Source: Octopus sinensis (Eukaryota). From it: a stretch of DNA of 33,965 nt. The stretch lies in NCBI RefSeq assembly GCF_006345805.1, contig NW_021831965.1:1-33965 (forward strand), read 5' to 3'. The stretch's first letter is position 1. Every line of letters starts with the position of its first letter. The translations under genes and the position numbers were made by a program. The notes beneath the pieces were generated by a model. That model searched no databases, was not told where the DNA came from, and was given only the letters and a program-made list of their open reading frames with translations. Below are positions 24,155 to 33,965 of the stretch, one piece after another.

Positions 24155-27100
24155 CTATACAAAGTAGTGATCATACAGTGGCAAAATATGATAGTGTAGC
24201 GTACGCGGTTTGAACTTAAGTCTATTGTTTGTCTATGAATCCTGCCAAATGCGAGTTTTCTTTTCAGGTACATGAAGCTACTGTCCCCCGTCTCAAGGTC
24301 CCTAGGGCCCATACCTCCCACACCCTCTATGTCGGCACACTGAAAGGTAGGTCTGGCAAGTTTGTTGAGATGTGTCGATATGTGTTGCATCCAAGAAGTG
24401 AGGTGGAGAGGAGGTTCTGCTAGGTTCCTCACAGGCAAAGAACATAGGTACAAGATTTTATGGGCTGGGAACACTGACGGGTCGGGGGCGTGGGTATACT
24501 TCTCGCTGAAAAATGGGTAGATAAGGTAATTGAAGTAGTCAGAGTATGCGACAGAATACTTAAGATTAGATTAGTGGTTCATCATGGATTAGCAACCATT
24601 ATATCGGCCTATGCCCCTCAGCCAGGGTTATCAAGAAACTATATATAAATTTATATTTTAACAATAAGAATCAAACAATACAATTCAAAAATTAAATAAT
24701 ATTGTTAAATAAATATTTTACTTATATAACTGAATTTTAAACAAAAATGTAGGCCTTAGCATTTAAAAGAAATTAAACTCGTGAAGACATGTAAAAAGAT
24801 ACACTAAATTTATTAATGTAAATTACAAAATATATTTATTAATGAAAATGATGAAAAATATTTAAGCTTCTAGAATCAAAGAATAAGAGGACAACAAAAC
24901 TATAAATGACTATTTACTATGAATTAAAGTCCAAATAATTATTACGTAAAATATACATATTATATTAAATTACTTTATACCCTTCTACAGGCTACCTCAA
25001 AGACTAGTGGTAAGGACCTCATCTTTGTGGGTGGAGACTTTAATGGGCATGTTGGGCAGGAATCGGGTATCTTCACTGGGGTACACAGTGGCCATGGTAT
25101 TGGCACCAGAAATGATGAGGGAACTAGACTACTGGAATTCTGTGATGCATGTAACCTTTTAATCTGCAACACTAACTTCAGGAAGCCTGACTGCCACCTT
25201 ATAACTTATCAGTCAGGAGACTCCGCTAGCCAAATAGACTTCATCCTCACCAGACAGCGGGATGCAGGGTCGCTCTTAAGTACAAAGACCCTCCCGGGTG
25301 AAGAGTGTATCCCTCAGCATAGGCTAATCATTAGTGACTTTAGGCTTGAGGCCAGAAGGACTCCAAGAAACAGACCAATCCAGAAAAGAAGGATTTGGAA
25401 GCTAAAGAACCCTTCACATGGTCAGAGATTTAGGGACATCCTCATCAAGAAATTTGATGAGAGGGAAGAGGAGCTACAGACGTCGGACATAGAAGGTAGC
25501 TGGAAATTCCTACGGGACAGCTTGCTGAGTGCCACAGACCAAGTCTGAGGTATTTCGTATTGCTAGACAGTGTGTGAGTGAAAATTATGATGTTACAGGA
25601 GAGAAATATGTCCGCATGGATGATGGGGCACTTGCTTTTAATGTTGGTGAAAAGAAAGAGGCTTGGAGAAGCCATTATGAAAGACTGCTGAATGTGGAGA
25701 ATGAATGGGAGGAGGAGAGCCTGCCAAATGTTGACCCAGTAGAGGGACCAGCTATCCAAATAGACAGCTCCCTTGTAGTTAAGGCAATAAGGGTATGAAA
25801 CCAGGTAAAGCCCCCGGCCCATCAGGTATCACTGCTGAGATGCTTAAAACAGCTGGTTATGTGGGCTATGGCCTAGTCACCCGCATTGTAAACCAGGTAG
25901 TTCATAATGGAGTCATACCCAATGACTGGCGTAGCAGCACCATAGTCAACTGCTACAAGGGTAAGGGTGATGCTCTAGATAGAAATAACTACAGGGGTAT
26001 TAAACTGTTGGATCAGGTGATGAAGGTCACAGAGAGGGTCATAACCCATCTCGTTAGGGAGAGAATTTGCTTAGATGAGATGCAGTTCGGTTTTGTGCTG
26101 GGTAGAAGCACCACTGATGCTATATTCCTGGTCCGACAACTGCAGGAGAAGTACCTAGTTAAAGATAAACCCCTCTACATAGCTTTTGTGGACTTGGAGA
26201 AAGCCTTTGACAGGATTCCCCGATCCCTTATCTGGTGGTCGATGTGGAAACTGGAGATTGACGAATGGCTAATAAGGGCTGTACAGGCTCTATACAGAGA
26301 GGCTGTCAGCAAGGTTAGGATTGGCAACGAATATAGTGAAGAATTCCGGGTAGAAGTAGGTGTGCACCAAGGCTCAGCCTTCAGTCCCCTTTTATTCATC
26401 ATAGTCCTCCAGGCAATAACAGAGGAATTCAAAACAGGTTGCCCCTGGGAGCTCTATGCTGATGACCTGGCTCTCATAGCAGAATCACTACCGGAACTAG
26501 AAAAGAAATTTCGGGTGTGGAAACAAGGGTTAGAATCAAAGGGCCTTAGAGTAAATGTAGCGAAGACCAAGGTTATAGTAAGCAGAAAGGCGAACTCAGC
26601 ACACACCCCATCGGGCAGGTGGCCCTGCTCGAGCTGTAGGAAAGGTGTAGGTAGAAACTCCATAAGATGCACCCAGTGTAAGCTATGGACGCATAAGAGG
26701 TGCAGCAACATCAAAGAGAAATTAACTGATAAGATAGCTTTTATGTGCGGCAGATGCACAGGGACAATAGACACCACAAATACTCAGAAAACAGATTCCA
26801 TCACACTCCAGGGGGAGAAACTAGAAGTAGTTGATAGTTTCCGCTACCAGGGTGACCAAGTTAGTAGTGGAGGTGGATGCTCAGAGAGTGTCACCACTAG
26901 AATACGAATAGCCTGGGCAAAGTTTAGAAAGCTCCTACCCCTACTGGCGACAAAGGGTCTCTCACTCAGAGTGAAAGGTAGATTGTATGATGCATGTGTG
27001 CAAACTGCCATGCTTCACGGCACGTAAAAGCACCATCTGTTCGTGGCTGTTGCCAGCCTCGCCTGGCACGTAAAAAGCACCATCCGTCAGTGGCCGTTTG

Positions 27101-27310
27101 CCAGCTCCGTCTGGCACCTGTGCGGGTGGCACTTAAAAAGCACCCACTACACTCACGGAGTGGTTGGCGTTAGGAAGGGCATCCAGCTGTAGAAACACTT
27201 CCAGATCAGACTGGGCCTGATGCAGCCTTCTGGCTTCACAGACCCCAGTTGAACCATCCAACTCATGCTAGCATGGAAAGCGGATGCTAAATGATGATGA
27301 TGATGATGAT
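24155..27310 (+). mobile_element. Near-full-length RTE LINE with an AT-rich insertion and two internal deletions
   Basis: APE start (VGTLKGRSG, GVGILL, SAYAPQ), insert ~24631-24974, ORFs 25027-25548, 25529-25798 and 25795-27027 (RT with YADD and PHD), 3' UTR repeats and (TGA)n tail to 27310. The 5' boundary is approximate. Confidence 0.93.
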
Positions 27311-27346
27311 TACGCATGCTTGTATGTATGTATAACAACAATACTA

Positions 27347-27379
<33 letters not shown>

Positions 27380-27384
27380 CATTT

Positions 27385-27606
27385 AAAAAAAGAGAACTTA
27401 TAGAAGGAAAGAGCTCATCGATTCTGTACCAACACGCCGAGCAAGAACACGGGGGATCAATCAACAACATAGAGGTTAAAATCTTGTCCACACGTAGAAC
27501 AGATGTAACAATCAGACAAATTATGGAAGCTACACACATAATAGAAGCTAAATCTAGCCTGAATAGGAAACTGGAATGGAACACTAGCACACACCACAAC
27601 ATATGA
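27385..27606 (+). pseudogene. C-terminal half of Penelope-type GIY-YIG endonuclease
   Basis: SSILYQHAEQEH..VKILS..RQIMEATHI..SLNRKLEW fits the S..H...H..IL..R...EA..I...LNR pattern of PLE endonucleases. Confidence 0.75.
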
Positions 27607-27847
27607 CAGAAGAGGATCCCCATTAACTGGTTACAATATAAACAAAACCGAAAACATAATAAATAAAATACACAGATAAATAAACAAATAGAAATAAATA
27701 ACTATATAGGTTTTTTTTTTTAATTTAAAAGATTTTTAAAATAATGTTTTTAATTTTTAGATTTAAAAAAAAATGTTTTATTATTATTATTATGATTATT
27801 ATTATTACTAGTATAGTTGTTATACATACATACAAGCATATGTAATA

Positions 27848-27878
<31 letters not shown>

Positions 27879-29426
27879 GTGGATGTAAACATGAACAAAA
27901 AAAGAATAAAAAGAATAAACAAAGACAAATTACACGAATGTATATAAACAGAAGATACAAATAGATAGGGGTTGTAAATGCAACCCTCCATGGGATAACA
28001 TATATCCAATATACTGCTAGTGAAGTACCCAACAAAGTTAATACATAAATGTTAAGGATTGCGATGCAATCGCTGTGCTTGCGGACATTCGCGTGTACTT
28101 GTACGCGTGTTCTGGTGTGCATCTCAGTGATCGTGCGGGAGGGAGGGACGTATGTGCCAGGCCATGAATTCGCGTGTCCGTGCGGGGGCGTGCATGCACA
28201 TGTATGTGCATGTGGGTGCATTTCGGCGTATATTTACTATATTACGTTTATCTTTGTGCTCTTCTTAATTTGTATTCCATTTTATTTATCTATTTATCTA
28301 TACATGGATATATATATATATATATATATTTATATTTATTTATTTAATTATTTATTTTTGTTTATTTGGCATTTACTAACTTATAATTTAATTTAATAGT
28401 AACTTCTGTTTACTTTATGTGTATGTATATATACGTCTTTGGATGGGCAGACATATTTTAATTTATGATTTAGTGAATGTGGGTTGAGGTGTCGAGGTGT
28501 GTGAAAATGTGTATGTGTACGTATGTATGTTTTTGTACGTATAGGTATGTTCGTGGGTGGATGTACGGATGTATGTTTTTCTTATACATATGAGTACGCA
28601 GGTGCGTATTTGGATATGTATATATGTATATGCGAATATTTATTCATGGGTGGATATAAGTATAGGTTTTATTTGTACGTATGAGTGCGCAGATATATAT
28701 TTAAATATGTATATATGTGTGTGCGAATGTTCCCTGACACAGTATATGAGAGTGTATTAATATTTATGCGGATGTGCGTGTGAGTGTGTGTATTAGTGTA
28801 TAGACACTGCTGCCTGTACTGATTTGTCTATAAGCCATGCGATGACAGACATGCACTCTGCAATTTAGTGAATGTGTAGGGACGTGTCGGGGTGTACACA
28901 TGTGTGTGTGAGTTTTTGTGTGGACGTGTGGGTTTTGGGTTGGATGTGGATGTGTATGTTTTTCTTGTGCGGTGTGGTGGAGGTCGGGCGGCTCTCAGCG
29001 GACCAACCATGAGGAAGACAATGATAATTTAAATTCAAATCCAATAGTGTATTTATGTCATAAGGAAAATTACTAACTGGAACCTGGACATACATATGTG
29101 CCACTTTGGATCCTAATGTAAGCGTTATTAATAATATTATGAATGATAATAATGGTAGCATTAATGGTATTGACAACGATAATGATGCTAACTTTAATGA
29201 CACTTTGGAAATTAGTAGGAAGTAATATAATGTACTATTGACTATGTATATTTGCATCTAGATACTAATATGTGTATGTTTATTATCACAATATTAAATT
29301 GAAAACTGAAACATTGGGTGTGGAACATATATATGTTTACTAATTTATATTATTTATTTACATCATTATGTATATGTATATTTTTATATGTATAGGAGTG
29401 TGAGAATATGCACTCATATGTATAGG

Positions 29427-29559
29427 TATATCTCCAAAGAGGCCTTATGATATTTTTGTAAATGTCTCATTTATATCTATATATCGACCTACCATATAAG
29501 GCTAATATTGGTAAAACGAGACATACTTATCTACATGGCCGAAACAGCTGTAAGATGTA
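29427..29559 (+). ncRNA. Degenerate minimal type I hammerhead ribozyme motif (likely inactive)
   Basis: TATATCT CCAAAGA GGCC..92 nt..GGCC GAAA CAGCTG TA AGATGTA: 7-bp stem I, palindromic stem III ACAGCTGT; core has U4C and G5A. Confidence 0.6.
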
Positions 29560-29799
29560 ATCCATACTTATATTTATATTTACTTATATTTATATTCTCT
29601 TTTTTATATATATTCTACTTATACAACATTACTCTTTTATGTACACTGATTTGTTCTGCTTTTTTATGTTTAACCCTACAGTCTCTTATGTGGTGGTTTA
29701 ATAAAGTATGTGATTGAGTATTATCTGGTAATTGATATTTGATTTAGATGTATTTCTCCATTTTCTTATCTTGTATATATGTATGTATATATGTAAATG

Positions 29800-29950
29800 T
29801 ATGTGTGTGTCTTTGTCTCTGTGTTTCGCCCTCATCACTGCTTCACAACTGCTGTTCATTTATTTACATCCCCATAACTTACTGGTTTCACAAGAAGAAA
29901 CTGATAGAATAAGTACCAGGCTTATCAACATAAACAAAAGCACTAGGCTG
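29800..29950 (+). mobile_element. Decayed SINE-like repeat remnant
   Basis: (GT)n-like stretch then TTTACATCCCCATAACTTA..GATAGAATAAGTACCAGG, sharing GATA..AAGTACCAG with the other SINEs in the window. Confidence 0.45.
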
Positions 29951-30039
29951 TGTCTCATATTTTTGTTTGCCCACTCAGTTGTATCTATCAATTTATCTTT
30001 GTATGTGTGTGTATATATCTATATCTATATATATATAGA

Positions 30040-31389
30040 TATATCTATATATATATAGATATATATATATATATATATATATATAAACACCCGAATGGGG
30101 GACCAAATTTTAGTCATTTATGATCCAAAACTAGGTCAAAAGTACTGAATGGATCTTTTATAAAATTTGGAAATTATATTCTATGCATAAGGGCCATAAC
30201 CCCCATGACAATTCATATATTTTTGCTGTTGATGAAATTTTTACCATAGATATTAGACACAAATGAAGTAATATCTATAAAATTTCATCTTCTTACAAGT
30301 TAGAAAGACCCCCTCGGGGACTTAACACCCACAATTTTGTTATTTTATCTAAGCAAAAATGAATACAGTTGTGCTCTCGGAAGCTGTAGGGTTACTCGAG
30401 CATAGAAGATGGGCATCATTTGTAATTCAATGGTACAAAAGTGTAACAGTTTGCTTTGACATACACTTACATTGTGATTTCTGCAATGTGCTGCATAAAT
30501 TGTCAAGTAAATGAGAGGCAGCTTTGCCTCCACTGTTTCAGTTGCAAAGTGTTGAGTAAAGTTATTTGATTGCAGACCTCCTTTCAGTCTTTTAATTATC
30601 ACTGGGTCACACATAGTCCCCAGATGGTAACATTGATTTCAAGGCCTTCCCAGATGAGTAACTGGTTATTCAAAGGCATTTATACATTGTAAATTTATTC
30701 TGTCCACTTATGTATCAGTATAGTGGTCATTTGCAAACTCCAGAGGTGACACTTTAATTTCTCTTTAGCCCTCATGTCACACAGTTGTTAATGTTTATTT
30801 CAGTTGGGTCATGCCCTTCCAATTGCTATAGATTCATAATGCATCTTACAGCTGTGCCTGTCACCTGGATGGTGAGGAATCCTACATTCGGAGTGGTAAC
30901 AACTAGGGGAGGTTAGCTGACTGCTTATTGTGATCATTGGCTTTTGGTTTCCTGTAGCTTTGCTCTCTTTTACAAACCCAGTGAACATATATTTCCTATT
31001 TCAAAGAAATTCAAACAATAGATATAAGACCCAATTTAAAAAGATTCTCAACTATTCATCTCCTCTGCTTGACATTAAGATGCCCACCCACAACAGGGGC
31101 CTTAACTCTCACATTTTAGAGCTCCATGACCTTCATTTTTCAGGTGCAAAATCTTTTTAACAAGTTCAATAAGACTGGAATTTAGGAATATGCGCATAAA
31201 AATCAGTAGCATGGGATACATGTGGAACGATTACAATTTTTTTAGGGTGTGTAAAGAGGGAAATAACCCTCGTCTGCAATTTTGATGAAATTCGAAACAT
31301 GGATATTCCAGTTCATTACAGAAAATACAACAGAAAAGTCTAATTTTTCAATTGCATGTAACACTGGCAACGCCAGGTATCTCTGCTAG
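30040..31389 (+). mobile_element. Probable non-autonomous Helitron
   Basis: 3' hairpin CTGGC-AAC-GCCAG (31364-31376) followed by CTAG|T (31386-31390); weak helicase C-terminus trace (VALLSFTNP..FKKIL); the 5' TC end is presumed to lie in the (TA)n at 30013-30083. Confidence 0.55.
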
Positions 31390-31534
31390 TATTTTATATA
31401 TATGGAAAATTAGCTAAACGTATTATATAGGTAAATAAATTTATGTTTACATTTAATTTTAAATGACTATTTACTATGAATGTAAAGTCCAAATAATTAA
31501 GTAAAATATACATATATTTATATTAATTTATATT

Positions 31535-32660
31535 ATGCACAGGGGCAATAGACACCATCGATACTCAGAAAACAGATTCCATTACACTCCTGGGGGAGAA
31601 ACTAGAAGTAGTTGATAGTTTCCGCTACCTAGGTGACCAAGTTAGTAGTGGGGGTGGATGCTCAGAGAGTGTTACCACTAGAATAAGAATAGCGTGGGAA
31701 AAGTTTAGAAAACTCCTACCCTTACTGGTGACAAAGGGTTTCTCGCTCAGAGTGAAAGGCAGATAGTACGACGCATGTGTGTGAACTGCCATGCTTCACA
31801 GTAGTGAAAACATGGGCTGTGACTGCAGAGGACATGCATAGGCTTGAAAGAAATGAAGCTAGCATGATCCGCTGGATGTGTAATGTCAGAGTGTAAGTGC
31901 CCTGAGAGAAATGCTGGACATAAGAAGCATTGGATGTGGCGTGCAAGAGAGATGTCTGTGCTGGTATGGTCATGTACTACGGATGGATGAGGAGAGATGT
32001 GTGAAGAAGTGCCACTCCTAAACTGTTGAAGGAATCCAGAGTAGAGGCAAACCCAGGAAAATATGGGATGAGGTGGTCAAGCATGACCTTCGAACGTTGG
32101 GCCTCACAGAGGCAATGACAAAAGACCAAGACCTCTGGAGATATGCTGTGACTGTGAAGACCCGACAAATAAAGTGAGTTCATGGCTGTTTCCTGCACCA
32201 GCTTCACATAGAAGTCCCAGCTCATCCAAAGTACCTTGGATCGCAGGACGGCCTGCTGTGCTTACTTTGGATCATAGGCCGACCTGCTGTGCTTGAGGAG
32301 ACATATTGAGTCAAGTACATCAACATCAAAACATCAAATGGAAACTGTAGTTGTGATACCTATGCCTGTGGCACGTAAAAAGCGCCATCTGAATGTGGCT
32401 GATGCCAGCGCCACCTTGACTGTCTTCCACGCTGGTGGCACATAAAAAGCACCTCCCTTGGCACCTGTGCTGGTGGCATGTAAAAAGCACCCACTACACT
32501 CACGGAGTGGTTGGCATTAGGAAGGGCATCCAGCTGTAGAAACACTGCCAGATCAAACTGGAGCCTGTTGCAGTCTCCTGGCTTCCCAGACACTGGTCGA
32601 ACCATCCAACCCATGCTAGCATGGAAAACAGACGTTAAATGGTGATGATGATGTTGATGA
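31535..32660 (+). mobile_element. 5'-truncated RTE LINE fragment
   Basis: Nearly identical to 26754-27020 (GEKLEVVDSFRYLGD), continues through the C-terminus, 3' UTR and (TGA)n tail. Confidence 0.93.
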
Positions 32661-33179
32661 TATATATATTTATTTATTTGTTTTGTATATTTTAATTCAT
32701 TGTATTTTAATTTTCTAGTAATGATAGAATATTTTTGTTAAGATATTTCGTGTTTATATTTTATGAGCAATTATATACTTTTTATTTATTATTTTGTACA
32801 TTACTTAATTATTGGTATATGTTTTTATCTTATATTCAGTTTTTCTATATGGTATAATTTAATTATATCCTTATGCTTTTTTCATTGTTGAATTGATAAA
32901 AAGTGTTTTTTTTCCTAATTTATATACATATACTATATATATATATATATAATAGAAATATTAAAGTTACTAAGTCTCTCTAAAAGAGAACACAGCAGCG
33001 TTCCCGGAAAATAATAGTTATCGGCATACTAATATGGCATTCTTATAAAAATAAGAATAAACCTGTCCGCTTATTAGCTCCATGAGGCCATCGCCTTAAG
33101 TTAGCTATTTGATACACAAACTGTATCCATATAACCTTCGAACAAGGGAGGTCAGTCGCTCCACACTACTTGACCGACA

Positions 33180-33221
33180 GCTACAGACGCGTTTCGGGGT
33201 ATTGCCCCTTTTCAATGTAGC
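33180..33221 (-). ncRNA. Minimal type I hammerhead ribozyme, U3-A8 core variant (copy 1, intact)
   Basis: Minus strand GCUACA UUGAAAA GGGG-CAAUA-CCCC GAAA CGCG UC UGUAGC; predicted cleavage between plus-strand positions 33186 and 33185. Confidence 0.8.
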
Positions 33222-33541
33222 GTAGTCAGACCAGTAGGTGTCGCTTCTGACAATCTCTGTTCGAAGGTTTTATTTACCTAGTTTCGGTGGAATACATCCA
33301 CTTGTTTTCAATAATAGAAATATTAAAGTTACTAAGTCTCTCTAAAAGAGAACACGGCAGCGTTCCCGGAAAATAATAGTTATCGCCATACTAATATGGC
33401 ATTCTTATAAAAATAAGAATAAAGCTGTCCGCTTATTAGCTCCATGAGGCCATCGCCTTAAGTTAGCTATTTGATACACAAACTGTATCCATATAACCTT
33501 CGAACAAGGGAGGTCAGTCACTCCACACTACTTGACCGACA

Positions 33542-33583
33542 GCTACAGACGCGTTTCGGGGTATTGCCCCTTTTCAATGTTGC
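33542..33583 (-). ncRNA. Hammerhead copy 2 (one stem I mismatch)
   Basis: As copy 1 but the 5' arm reads GCAACA. Confidence 0.75.
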
Positions 33584-33902
33584 GTAGTCAGACCAGTAGG
33601 TGTCGCTTCTGACAATCTCTGTTCGAAGGTTTTATTTACCTAGTTTCGGTGGAATACATCCACTTGTTTTCAATAATAGAAATATTAAAGTTACTAAGTC
33701 TCTCTAAAAGAGAACACGGCAGCGTTCCCGGAAAATAATAGTTATCGCCATACTAATATGGCATTCTTATAAAAATAAGAATAAAGCTGTCCGCTTATTA
33801 GCTCCATGAGGCCATCGCCTTAAGTTAGCTATTTGATACACAAACTGTATCCACATAACCTTCGAACAAGGGAGGTCAGTCACTCCACACTACTGACCGA
33901 CA

Positions 33903-33944
33903 GCTACAGATGCGTTTCGGGGTATTGCCCCTTTTCAATGTAGC
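33903..33944 (-). ncRNA. Hammerhead copy 3 (stem III palindrome broken, AUC triplet)
   Basis: As copy 1 but reads GAAACGCAUC. Confidence 0.7.
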
Positions 33945-33965
33945 GTAGTCAGACCAGTAGGTATC

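Larger units (their letters stand above)
27309..29560 (+). mobile_element. 5'-truncated Penelope-like element remnant (inverted 5' piece, GIY-YIG tail, low-complexity pLTR-like region, hammerhead motif)
   Basis: GIY-YIG C-terminus at 27385-27606, inverted repeat 27309-27384 / 27771-27846, hammerhead motif at 29427-29559. That these belong to one element is inferred. Confidence 0.55.
32951..33965 (-). repeat. 362-bp tandem array (at least 2.8 copies, runs off the window) with one hammerhead motif per unit; retrozyme-like / tandem Penelope pLTR-like
   Basis: AATAGAAATATTAAAG starts at 32951, 33313 and 33675; units differ by only a few bases; abuts (TA)n. Confidence 0.93.

Noticed and set aside
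28049-29257. Cys/Tyr/Ile-rich ORFs
   Set aside because: Derived from (GT/AT) low-complexity sequence; no recognisable domain.
32951-33965. CRISPR array or simple satellite interpretation
   Set aside because: No unique spacers, eukaryotic context, and the whole unit is repeated. The ribozyme motif argues against a featureless satellite.

Overview
AT-rich eukaryotic (animal) DNA made almost entirely of nested, decayed transposable elements and (TA)n microsatellites. The RTE 3' ends and SINE bodies resemble cephalopod (Octopus-like) repeats as I recall them; this is inference, not a search result. No intact gene is present, only one candidate 97-nt host exon (21105-21201, minus). Elements found: an APE-RT LINE with a CCCH-finger ORF1 remnant plus a second fragment, four large and two small pieces of RTE-clade LINEs with a PHD finger inside the RT, Tigger, hAT and Helitron remnants, MITEs, tRNA-derived SINEs, a 2.16-kb foldback DNA element (~615-bp TIRs, 8-bp TSD) and a Penelope-like GIY-YIG remnant. 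The most notable signal is a set of minimal type I hammerhead ribozyme motifs with non-canonical cores. Three lie in a 362-bp tandem array at the window end (core UUGAAAA, a U3-A8 swap of the C3-G8 pair, at the tip of a long rod-like hairpin), which looks like a retrozyme or tandem Penelope pLTR array. Two more, of a C-C-R-A-A-G-A core type, lie at 259-344 and 29427-29559. All alignments and folds were done by eye; boundaries of old elements are approximate.
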